Shown here one piece after another: positions 1 through 8,753 of a stretch of DNA of 58,322 nt; the stretch's first letter is position 1; every line of letters starts with the position of its first letter. The DNA is taken from positions 1 through 58,322 of the forward strand of contig JBPCWM010000228.1 of assembly GCA_051009515.1 (NCBI GenBank), written 5' to 3'. The notes below the pieces were generated by a model. That model saw nothing but the letters and a program-made list of their open reading frames with translations, searched no databases and had not been told where the DNA came from. The DNA comes from Rhizobiaceae bacterium. GTDB taxonomy: Bacteria; Pseudomonadota; Alphaproteobacteria; Rhizobiales; Rhizobiaceae. A program made the translations under genes and the position numbers.

Positions 1-1
1 C

Positions 2-76
2 CGTAAAGCAGGAGACATCGATACGATGGATCTCATTATGAAGAATGGTGTGATTTTCAAGAACACACTGGATTAA
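2..76 (+). CDS. 3' end of an upstream gene, probably a metal-dependent amidohydrolase (partial)
   Basis: Frame 2 reads RKAGDIDTMDLIMKNGVIFKNTLD*, resembling the 'vMKdG.iyKntl' C-terminus of amidohydrolase-family proteins. Confidence 0.5.
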   Translation, partial: RKAGDIDTMDLIMKNGVIFKNTLD

Positions 77-130
77 GCCTTGCTCGATTGGCGCGCCCTG
101 ACATGTCTACCAATTCAAACGGAAAGCCTG

Positions 131-568
131 ATGAGGACTCTAATATTCGCCGCGACTGCACTTTGGATCGCAGGATCAGCAGCTGCTCAAGACGTGAGGG
201 TTTTTATAAACGGAACCATTCTATCCATCGATGGTGACTTCACTGTTGCGGAAGCTATGGCGATCCAAGGTAACCGTATTGTGGCAATCGGTGATGAAGC
301 TAGCGTTTTGGGAGTGGCGGGTTCAGACCACCAAATCATAGATTTGAATGAGAAGACTATTCTTCCAGGATTTATTGATCCTCATTTTCACCTCATTTCG
401 TCTAGCGCGACCCCGATCTTTGAAAATATCGGGCTAGATCGATTTGAAGCTGTAGAAGATCTACTTGGCTACATGGCGGAGGTGTCTGGCCATCTTGAGT
501 ACAGGCAGTTGCATGGAGCAACGCATGGATTCGATCTCCGTCGACACGCGCTTTTGACAAAGGCTTGA
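131..568 (+). pseudogene. Truncated secreted amidohydrolase (Amidohydro_3/YtcJ-like), N-terminal part only
   Basis: Signal peptide MRTLIFAATALWIAGSAAA, then 'AEAMAIQGNRIVAIG' and 'IDLNEKTILPGFIDPHFH' (HxH metal motif). Plausible sequence ends near 482, where it runs into the antisense strand of the PKS fragment; full-length members are several-fold longer. Confidence 0.75.
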
Positions 569-1325
569 TTATCACCACGCCAACGGCTTCAGCTCTTACA
601 AATCCGTTTGCCCGACTATCAAAAGTCGATATCGCACCTGTACCAGAAAGCATCCCGGCCCTTGAAAAGGCTATGTAGGACGATGGGTGTGCAATGATAT
701 TAACGCCAGCCACAATTGCCACGTCACAAGATTGCACTCGCAGGGACTGTTCAGCCTGATTCAAGGCAACCATCGACGATGAACAGGCCGTATCTACAGT
801 GAAACACGGCCCGGAAAGATTGAGCCGATGGGAAATTCTATTGGCATTTATACACATCGCATACCCGTTACCTGCAAAGGCTTCAGGATTGGACGGCCTC
901 AATTCCTGGATGGTCCGATAGTCCGATTGCGATGCACCGACGAAGACGCCAGTCTGTCCTTGAACCAGATCCCTCAAAGAGGTCCTGCTGTCTTCAACGG
1001 CTTCATAGGTAACTTGCAAAAGCAGCCGCTGCTGCGGATCCATGGACGCCGCTTCGCGAGGGGATATTCCAAAAAACTGACAGTCAAATTCGCGAATATC
1101 GTCGAGAAACCCGCCCCATTTCGCCACCGAAGTACCAATCCCATCTGGATTGTCGTCAAAATACCTATCAATGTTCCAGCGATCATTGGGTATCGGTGTT
1201 ATGCCGCTCTTCTTTGCGAGCAGAAATTCCCAAAATTGGTTTGGTGATTTATTACCGCCCGGAAGTCTGCAACCCATACCTACAATGGCCAGCGGCTCCC
1301 GGCTGCTGGCATATCTGTCGCTCAT
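402..1325 (-). pseudogene. Truncated type I polyketide synthase, partial ketosynthase (KS) domain
   Basis: EPLAIVGMGCRLPG, MDPQQRLLL, DTACSSS (catalytic Cys) and ANGFVRAEA are present. Homology stops at QDGQT (~482); the HGTGT and KSNIGH motifs and all downstream domains are missing. Confidence 0.85.
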
Positions 1326-1586
1326 CTGGAGTACTCGTAGTTAGGGTCGCCAAGTCACTAAAAACCCTAACGCCTGCCGGCGAAGATGGCCATAGCATAT
1401 GCCTTCTTGTAGCTGTTTGGACACAAGACCGCGCATGACCCAATGCAGAAATTCTCCTGCAAGATAGTCGCACCAGCAATAACTCCACATGTGGAAGGAT
1501 GCCGCCCCAGCGCCTACACCCAAAGAGGCAATTGCGCTGCAGTTCTGTGGCAAGTAAGTTCGGCGTAATTTCTTAGGGAGAGGCAT

Positions 1587-3119
1587 ATGCACAATATTAT
1601 CGAACAGCTCGAAATCCGTCGCGACGAAGCCAGGCTCGGTGGTGGCGAACGTCGAATCGATGCGCAACATGCCAAAGGCAAGCTGACAGCCAGAGAACGT
1701 CTGGAAGTGCTGCTGGATTTTGACAGTTTCGAAGAATACGACATGTTTGTTACCCACCGCTGCAATGATTTTGGAATGGAGAAAAACAAGATCCCGGGCG
1801 ATGGCGTGGTAACGGGGTGGGGAACTATTAATGGTCGCCTTGTTTATGTTTATGCACAGGATTTTACCGTACTGGGCGGTTCGTTATCTGAAACTCATGC
1901 CGCCAAGATTTGTAAGATCATGGATATGGCCATGAAAAATGGCGCACCTGTGATTGGACTCAATGACTCCGGTGGTGCCCGCATTCAGGAAGGTGTCGCG
2001 TCCCTGGGGGGCTACGCCGACGTGTTTCAGAAGAACGTGTTGGCTTCCGGTGTGATACCGCAGATTTCAGTGATCATGGGGCCGTGTGCTGGTGGGGCAG
2101 TCTATTCACCCGCTATGACGGACTTCATCTTTATGGTGCGTGACACTTCTTACATGTTCGTGACCGGGCCGGATGTCGTTAAGACCGTCACTAATGAGAT
2201 CGTGACTGCTGAAGAACTGGGCGGAGCCAAGACCCATACGTCCAAGTCGTCCGTTGCGGACGGTGCTTTTGAAAATGATGTGGAAACCCTCCGCCAAATG
2301 CGCCGGCTGTATGACTTCTTGCCACTCCACAACCGCGAAAAAGCGCCCGTTCGTCCCTTCTTTGATTCGCCTGACCGGCTGGAACCCAGCCTGAATACGC
2401 TCATTCCTGACAATCCCAATCAGCCCTATGACATGCATGAATTGATCCATAAGCTTGCTGATGAAGGGGACTTTTTTGAAATCCAGCCGGACTATGCAAA
2501 AAACATTCTGACCGGCTTCTTAAGACTTGAAGGTCAAACAGTAGGGGTTGTTGCCAACCAACCACTGGTTTTGGCGGGCGTACTGGATATCAATTCCTCA
2601 CGCAAGGCGGCACGCTTTGTGCGATTCTGTGATGCCTTTTCCGTTCCAATCCTGACGCTTGTTGACGTGCCCGGCTTTCTGCCCGGGACGAGTCAGGAAT
2701 ATGGCGGCGTGATCAAACATGGCGCCAAACTGCTTTACGCCTACGGCGAGGCAACCGTACCAAAGGTTACACTAATTACACGTAAAGCCTATGGCGGGGC
2801 TTATGACGTTATGGCGTCCAAACATCTGCGTGGAGATGTCAATTATGCCTGGCCAACCGCCGAAATCGCGGTGATGGGAGCCAAGGGTGCGGTTGAAATT
2901 CTCTATCGCTCGGATCTTGGTGATGCTGAGAAGATCGCGGAACATACCAAGGAATATGAAAACCGGTTCGCCAATCCGTTTGTTGCCGCGGAAAAAGGGT
3001 TCATCGATGATGTCATTCATCCCGGCCAGTCACGTAAGCGCATCTGCCGGGCATTTGCCATGCTGCGTGGCAAGGAGTTGGAGAACCCGTGGAAAAAACA
3101 TGATAACCTGCCGCTCTGA
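1587..3119 (+). CDS. pccB: Propionyl-CoA carboxylase beta chain (carboxyltransferase)
   Basis: [48 protein letters not shown]; RBS GGAGAGG; clustered with pccA and the mutase. Confidence 0.95.
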   Translation: MHNIIEQLEIRRDEARLGGGERRIDAQHAKGKLTARERLEVLLDFDSFEEYDMFVTHRCNDFGMEKNKIPGDGVVTGWGTINGRLVYVYAQDFTVLGGSLSETHAAKICKIMDMAMKNGAPVIGLNDSGGARIQEGVASLGGYADVFQKNVLASGVIPQISVIMGPCAGGAVYSPAMTDFIFMVRDTSYMFVTGPDVVKTVTNEIVTAEELGGAKTHTSKSSVADGAFENDVETLRQMRRLYDFLPLHNREKAPVRPFFDSPDRLEPSLNTLIPDNPNQPYDMHELIHKLADEGDFFEIQPDYAKNILTGFLRLEGQTVGVVANQPLVLAGVLDINSSRKAARFVRFCDAFSVPILTLVDVPGFLPGTSQEYGGVIKHGAKLLYAYGEATVPKVTLITRKAYGGAYDVMASKHLRGDVNYAWPTAEIAVMGAKGAVEILYRSDLGDAEKIAEHTKEYENRFANPFVAAEKGFIDDVIHPGQSRKRICRAFAMLRGKELENPWKKHDNLPL

Positions 3120-3158
3120 TCCTGTTGGACTTGCAGATCTGCAGGCCCACTGACCTGC

Positions 3159-3440
3159 TTACCCGTCGCGATGTTCCTGCTCGGCGCGCAGCCAGATGGC
3201 TGCACCCGCTGCCACCATTCCGCACAGGGTCGCAAAACTGAACAGCAGAAGGAACGTAAATCCAAAAGCATACTGGGATTTTTCAATCATGGTCCCGATG
3301 CGCCGGATATCGTGATGGATGATCAAGAAGCCCACAAGTGCACCGATTGCCATACCAAAACCTGTCTGCATCATGATCATGTTCAACCAGGACCAGTGCT
3401 GTTCCTTAAGTTCGCGTCGCCGTTGCTTGCTAATGCGCAT
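3159..3440 (-). CDS. Small membrane protein with two hydrophobic segments (93 aa)
   Basis: ATG at 3440 preceded by AGGAGA; hydrophobic stretches TGFGMAIGALVGFLII and FGFTFLLLFSFATLCGMVAAGAAIWL. Confidence 0.65.
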   Translation of the reverse strand: MRISKQRRRELKEQHWSWLNMIMMQTGFGMAIGALVGFLIIHHDIRRIGTMIEKSQYAFGFTFLLLFSFATLCGMVAAGAAIWLRAEQEHRDG

Positions 3441-3634
3441 TTTCAAATCTTTCTCCTGACTCGCTCCAGCATGTGCACTCATCACCACCCAATCAAGCCT
3501 GAAGTTAACAGCCATATGGCACTTAAGGTGCGGGTCGTTGCCGCAGGACATGAAAATAGGTCAGGGATCTTGACATATTTTCATCGACGCTTTTAGTGGG
3601 TCCTTCACATGATTTTCTACGACAGGCATACCTC

Positions 3635-4843
3635 ATGAACTGGGACAATCTTTTTTCATCAAGAGCTTCACGGATGAAGGCATCGGAAATTCGCGAGTTG
3701 CTGAAGCTCCTGGATCAGCCGAATATTATTTCCTTTGCCGGTGGTATTCCTGACCCTGCCTTGTTTCCAACGCAAGAGTTTGAAACTGCATTTGGGCGAA
3801 TTTTGAGTGACGACCGGCAAAGCAGCGCTTTACAATATTCGGTCAGTGAGGGCTTTGTGCCTTTGCGAGAATGGATTGTTTACCAGATGCAAGGCCTTGG
3901 CATTGAATGCGGCCTGGACAATGTGCTCATCACTTCCGGGTCACAGCAGGCACTGGACTATTTGGGGAAGTTGCTGCTGTCGCCCAATGATACAGCTCTT
4001 TTGGGCTGGCCTACCTATCTGGGCGCATTGGGGGCGTTCAATGCCTATGAGCCACGCTATGACTGTCTGATTGCCAATGGAAACCGTTCTGCCGATGATT
4101 ATCGCAATTCAGCTGCGGCTGAAAACAGTCGGGTGAAATTTGCCTATATGTCAGTAGATTTTGCCAATCCCACCGGCGAAACTATCGACCTGTCTTCGCG
4201 AATGCGCCTGCTGGACATGGCGGAAGAGCTCGATTGCGCCATTATCGAAGACGCGGCTTACCAATCGTTGCGTTATGATGGTGAAGCCGTTCCGCCAATT
4301 CTGGCTTTGGAAATCGAACGCAAGGGAACCATCGAGCAGGCCCGCACCGTTTATTGCGGAAGTTTTTCCAAAACTCTGTCACCCGGTTTGCGGGTAGGAT
4401 GGATTTGCGCCGCCAGTTCAGTAATCAACAAGCTGGTTTTGTTGAAACAGGCCTCTGATCTGCATTCCTCCACAATCAATCAAATGGCCATACATGAAGT
4501 TGCCTCCGCCGGCTTTGAACGACAGGTAGCCAAGGTCAAAACCGCCTATCGGGCACGGCGTGACTGCATGTTGGCCAGTCTGGAAAAATTCATGCCTGCG
4601 GGAGTGAGTTGGACCCGACCTGAAGGAGGTATGTTTATCTGGTTGACCTTGCCACCACATATTGATGGCGCTGAATTGCTTGCAACTTCCCTGCAAAACC
4701 AAAAAGTCGCATTTGTTCCAGGACGCGCGTTTTATGCCGATGGCTCAAATGGCAACACCATCCGCTTGAGTTTCTCGCAAACTCCTGAAGCCACAATAGA
4801 ACAGGGTGTACGCAGATTGGGGCAATTACTCTCCAGCCAGTAA
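3635..4843 (+). CDS. PLP-dependent aminotransferase, class I/II (LysN/ARO8-like)
   Basis: SEIRELLK, ISFAGGIPDP, ANPTG, IIEDAAY, GSFSKTLSPGLRVGW (PLP lysine), PEGGMFIW. Confidence 0.9.
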   Translation: MNWDNLFSSRASRMKASEIRELLKLLDQPNIISFAGGIPDPALFPTQEFETAFGRILSDDRQSSALQYSVSEGFVPLREWIVYQMQGLGIECGLDNVLITSGSQQALDYLGKLLLSPNDTALLGWPTYLGALGAFNAYEPRYDCLIANGNRSADDYRNSAAAENSRVKFAYMSVDFANPTGETIDLSSRMRLLDMAEELDCAIIEDAAYQSLRYDGEAVPPILALEIERKGTIEQARTVYCGSFSKTLSPGLRVGWICAASSVINKLVLLKQASDLHSSTINQMAIHEVASAGFERQVAKVKTAYRARRDCMLASLEKFMPAGVSWTRPEGGMFIWLTLPPHIDGAELLATSLQNQKVAFVPGRAFYADGSNGNTIRLSFSQTPEATIEQGVRRLGQLLSSQ

Positions 4844-4880
4844 AGATGACGCATCGCCAATTTGCATATCAGCGGATAAT

Positions 4881-4921
4881 TGGTAAACTTTGTTTACCAT
4901 TTTGGCAATTTGGTTGACCAA
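4881..4921. promoter_or_regulatory. Two palindromic operator-like sites upstream of the 4965 gene
   Basis: TGGTAAAC-TTT-GTTTACCA (4881-4899) and TTGGT-TG-ACCAA (4910-4921); TGGT...ACCA dyads are typical of GntR/FadR-family operators. Confidence 0.45.
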
Positions 4922-4964
4922 TCCATGCCAAACGGGCTTTTGATACAGGTTCAAGGAGAGAGTT

Positions 4965-6011
4965 ATGGCCAGAGAAATTTTAATTTTGGGAGCATCCTAT
5001 GGCTCGTTGCTTTCCACGAAACTGCTAATGGCTGGCCATAACGTTACTCTGGTTTGCCTGCCCGAAGAAGCTGAGCTGATCAACGGTGAAGGCACATTCG
5101 TGCGCATTACACTGCGCGGAGAGGATGAGCCGCGCATCATAGCTTCTGCTCACCAACCCGGACAGGTCCGAGCCTGCGTACCTGGGGATGCGGATCCCCA
5201 GGACTATGATCTGATTGCTATGGCCATGCAGGAGCCGCAATACGGAGCAGACAGCGTCCGCGATTTGCTGGCGCGGATTGCCAAATCGCAGAAACCCTGC
5301 CTGTCCATCATGAACATGCCTCCGGTTCCCTATTTGCGCAGGATTGCCGGACTGGATACCGATCTGCTTGCATCCTGCTTTACTGACCCCAGTGTCTGGG
5401 ATGGTTTCAACCCGGATGTCTTCTCGCTCTGCAGCCCTGATCCGCAGGCATACCGTCCACCGGAAGAGAAACTGAATTTCCTGCATGTGGGGCTGCCCAC
5501 CAATTTCAAGGCCGCTGCATTTGCTGACGAGGGCAATACGCAAATCCTGCGTGAACTGGAGGCCGATATCGCAGCCGTCCGTCTCGATGGCAAGGACGTT
5601 CCTGTCAAACTCCGCGTTCACGACTCGCTCTTTGTCCCGCTAGCCAAATGGAGCATGTTGCTGACGGGTAATTACCGGGCGATTACGGCAGACGGCCCTC
5701 GTTCCATCCGCGATGCAGTGCACAGCAATCTTGATCTCTCTAAAGAGATTTATCACTGGGTCGACGCGCTGGCCCGCGATATTGGAGCTGATCCTGCAGA
5801 TCAGGTGCCGTTTGAAAAATATGCAAATGCTGCCCTTGGTTTGCTGAACCCATCATCTGCGGCGCGAGCGGTGTTTGCCGGAGCCAAAAACATCGAACGG
5901 GTGGACAAACTGGTCCAGCTCATTGCCAAACAGCACGGTAAATCACTCAAGGCTGTGGATGACAATGTGATAATCGTTGATGCTAAACTTGAAGAAAATA
6001 GAGCAGGATAA
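4965..6011 (+). CDS. Uncharacterised Rossmann-fold protein, ketopantoate-reductase-like architecture
   Basis: N-terminal ILILGASYGSLL nucleotide-binding-like motif, 'LAKWSML' Lys motif in the helical domain; strong RBS AAGGAGAG. Confidence 0.7.
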   Translation: MAREILILGASYGSLLSTKLLMAGHNVTLVCLPEEAELINGEGTFVRITLRGEDEPRIIASAHQPGQVRACVPGDADPQDYDLIAMAMQEPQYGADSVRDLLARIAKSQKPCLSIMNMPPVPYLRRIAGLDTDLLASCFTDPSVWDGFNPDVFSLCSPDPQAYRPPEEKLNFLHVGLPTNFKAAAFADEGNTQILRELEADIAAVRLDGKDVPVKLRVHDSLFVPLAKWSMLLTGNYRAITADGPRSIRDAVHSNLDLSKEIYHWVDALARDIGADPADQVPFEKYANAALGLLNPSSAARAVFAGAKNIERVDKLVQLIAKQHGKSLKAVDDNVIIVDAKLEENRAG

Positions 6012-6197
6012 ATCTACTATACTCCGGATGTATTGGGACTTATTTCTAATCAAGACATCTAGATAGATTTAATATTTTTCCAAAGCGAAAATCAAGTTGC
6101 TTCGCGATCGGCCATTTTTGCCCGTGGCACTATATCTTGCCACAATAACGCAGTAGGTTGACTTAACTATTGCACCTGTATTTCAGGGGACTATTTG

Positions 6198-6803
6198 ATG
6201 CCCGCACGACTTGCGCGAAAAGTAAGCCAACATTTCGACGAGGAAATTCGCTTCTTCAAAACCTGGATTGACCAACCACGCGCGGTTGGCGCGGTATTGC
6301 CCACAAGCAGCACAGCTGCGCGAAAAATGGCCAGCCTCATTGACCGCACATCCGGTAATCCGGTGTTGGAACTTGGTCCCGGCACTGGTGTGATTACTAA
6401 AGCTATACTGGAGCATGGGGTCAGCCCGGATCGCCTTTACTGCGTTGAATATTCGCATGATTTTATCGATGATTTGCGCACCAAATTTCCCAGGGTCAAC
6501 GTCATGCACGGTGATGCATTTGAACTGGACGATATTTTGCCTGATCTTGGGGGGGGGCAGAAGTTCGACGCGGTGATTTCCGGAATTCCTCTGCTCAACT
6601 TCTCCGTTGACCAACGTATTGAATTGCTCAACGACCTGCTGGACCGTCTCAATCCAGGTCGTCCCGTCATCCAGTTTTCCTACGGGCCGAAGTCCCCGAT
6701 TCCCCCGGATTGGTCTACCTATACGGTAGAGTCACTGGATTGGGTTGTACGAAACGTTCCACCGGCCCGTCTTTGGGTTTACCGGCGGCTGGATGAAGCA
6801 TAA
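6198..6803 (+). CDS. pmtA: Phospholipid N-methyltransferase (rhizobial PmtA type)
   Basis: FDEEIRFFKTW...VGAVLPTS, SAM motif VLELGPGTG, ISGIPLLNF, QFSYG, RNVPPARLWVY. Confidence 0.88.
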   Translation: MPARLARKVSQHFDEEIRFFKTWIDQPRAVGAVLPTSSTAARKMASLIDRTSGNPVLELGPGTGVITKAILEHGVSPDRLYCVEYSHDFIDDLRTKFPRVNVMHGDAFELDDILPDLGGGQKFDAVISGIPLLNFSVDQRIELLNDLLDRLNPGRPVIQFSYGPKSPIPPDWSTYTVESLDWVVRNVPPARLWVYRRLDEA

Positions 6804-6838
6804 ATTGATCGAACAGAACCTGTTCAGGCTGATCAAAC

Positions 6839-7204
6839 ATGCTCAAGCACCGCGGATTTCCTTCCCGTCTTCCAGGCACAGATTATCAATTCACCATTCG
6901 CCGTGAAAATCCCAAAGGGGCCACAAAAATTGTGGCCAGAGAGCGCTACGCGGATCGCAACCCAAAGGACAAGACTGCTGATGAGAACTTTATGGCCTGC
7001 CTGTTCAAGCAGTTTGGCGAAGAACCCTTCGAGCGCGGCAATCTGGACGCCGGTCGCCTTGGCTGGCTGATCGGGCGCGAAGTCATCGCAGCGCAGGAGC
7101 CGTTTGACCCGCAAGATTACGAGGCATTGCTGGTGATTGATCGTCCTGTTGCAGAACGCAGTTTCCCCAGAGCGTTCGATCCATCACTTTGGAAAGACGA
7201 CTAG
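6839..7204 (+). CDS. Hypothetical protein (121 aa)
   Basis: Clean ORF filling the gap after pmtA with protein-like composition; no family recognised. Confidence 0.7.
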   Translation: MLKHRGFPSRLPGTDYQFTIRRENPKGATKIVARERYADRNPKDKTADENFMACLFKQFGEEPFERGNLDAGRLGWLIGREVIAAQEPFDPQDYEALLVIDRPVAERSFPRAFDPSLWKDD

Positions 7205-7704
7205 GCGCGTCCTGCCTTGAGTTGTTCCAGAATGTCATCAATCAGTGCAAAACCGGATTCCCAGCCTTTGCCCATATTGCCTACTGCGCCAGCAAAGCAG
7301 GCAATTTCCGCTTCACTTGCTTCAAATGGTGTCCAGATGAGACGAAGTTTTGTCTTTTCTCCTGCTGGCTCGAATGTGACGGTGGTGAGGACTGTGCGGG
7401 GCCAATCGGGCATCATGGGATTTGCGACGACATTCCAGTCCGTGTCAGCAGAGGATTGTTGAAATTCCAGCGCCGAATTGGGTGCAACACGCGTGAACAC
7501 AGCCCGACTCAACATCGATTTATCTCCCCATTTCATCTCATTGAGCCAGAGGCCACCATCCCGCACATCGAATTCATGGATAATCGTTTCCACGCCGGGA
7601 CCATACCAATGGGAGAGATGATCAGCCTGCGTCCAGGTTTCCCAAACCAGTTCGACTGGCGCATTAAAAGTTCGATCCAGTACATATTCAGGCAAGTCAG
7701 TCAT
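7201..7704 (-). CDS. SRPBCC/AHSA1-like ligand-binding protein
   Basis: RTFNAPVELVWETWT...HWYGP, FDVRDGG, GWESGF; start overlaps the ArsR stop. Confidence 0.85.
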   Translation of the reverse strand: MTDLPEYVLDRTFNAPVELVWETWTQADHLSHWYGPGVETIIHEFDVRDGGLWLNEMKWGDKSMLSRAVFTRVAPNSALEFQQSSADTDWNVVANPMMPDWPRTVLTTVTFEPAGEKTKLRLIWTPFEASEAEIACFAGAVGNMGKGWESGFALIDDILEQLKAGRA

Positions 7705-8056
7705 CAGTGTCATCCTTTGATTTTGAGGCTTGCAGGGTAGCGAGCAAATCATCCAATTGATTGAAGCTGTTGGTCCAGAACTGCTCGAACTCAGCCAACC
7801 AGTGCGACGCTGCCATCATGTTGTCGGCTTTCAGTCTTGCAGGTCTGCGTTGTTGGTCAACTCGCCGTTCCACAAGCCCGGCTTGCTCAAGCACTTTCAA
7901 GTGACGAGAGACTGCCGGCTGACTCATGGCAAAGGGCTCAGTCAATTCATTGACCGTTGCTTCTCCCCTCGCCAATTGACGCAAAATTGCCCGACGCGTG
8001 GGGTCGGACAAAGCGGCAAACACGGCATCCAGATTGGCGTCCAAATTCACTAGCAT
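7697..8056 (-). CDS. ArsR/SmtB-family transcriptional regulator
   Basis: VFAALSDPTRRAIL, MSQPAVSRHLKVLEQAGLV; the common ArsR-SRPBCC pair. Confidence 0.92.
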   Translation of the reverse strand: MLVNLDANLDAVFAALSDPTRRAILRQLARGEATVNELTEPFAMSQPAVSRHLKVLEQAGLVERRVDQQRRPARLKADNMMAASHWLAEFEQFWTNSFNQLDDLLATLQASKSKDDTDD

Positions 8057-8296
8057 ATCCTTTATATAATACTTTAATTATATAATGGCGATTTGTCCAG
8101 CGTGAACTGCGACTTTCGTCGATTGCCAATTGAAGGCGGCCTGCCGAATATCCACATACCTAGAAGGATTAAGGGCACCTGCTGCCAGTACCCGCGCCAA
8201 CGTTGATGCGCATCTGGACCATGAAACCAATGGACCAAGCCTATTGATGGATAAAGAAAATGCTAAAGCAATCCATTTGAAACCAAGGAGAAAACC

Positions 8297-8665
8297 ATGC
8301 TCGAAGTCTATAAGGTAGAAGACAATATGGTTGGCATAAAAATCGACGGTGAAATCGATGCCCAGACCATGAAAGACGGGTTGAATAAGCTTGTCGAGCT
8401 TACGCAGAACATGAAGAATGGCCGGATGCTCTATCACATCTCCAACTTCCAGATGCCGACGTTTGCCGCTCTCGGCGTGGAAATGCGGCTGATGCCCAAG
8501 CTGTTTGGTCTGATCAGCAAGATCGACCATGTGGCTTTGCTGACAAACGAAAGCTGGATTTCTGCTGCATCAAAAATCGAAAGCGCCCTGATACCGGGCC
8601 TTGAAATTCGCACTTTCGCCTTAGGTGAAGATGAGGAGGCCCTGAGCTATTTGCGTGCCAGTTAG
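8297..8665 (+). CDS. STAS/SEC14 (SpoIIAA-like) domain protein
   Basis: VGIKIDGEID, KIDHVALLT...WI, PGLEIRTF...EEALSYL; RBS AAGGAG. Confidence 0.8.
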   Translation: MLEVYKVEDNMVGIKIDGEIDAQTMKDGLNKLVELTQNMKNGRMLYHISNFQMPTFAALGVEMRLMPKLFGLISKIDHVALLTNESWISAASKIESALIPGLEIRTFALGEDEEALSYLRAS

Positions 8666-8753
8666 CCTCCTCCCAAGGTTCTAGCCTAAAGACGCACTTG
8701 GCGAAGCGACGCGACTTGAATAATGATAGTCGGGCCGTTTGGAGGAGAGAGTT

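Noticed and set aside
402-3119. PKS + carboxylase as an intact polyketide cluster
   Set aside because: The KS lacks both catalytic His motifs and there are no AT or ACP domains; pccB fits primary metabolism.
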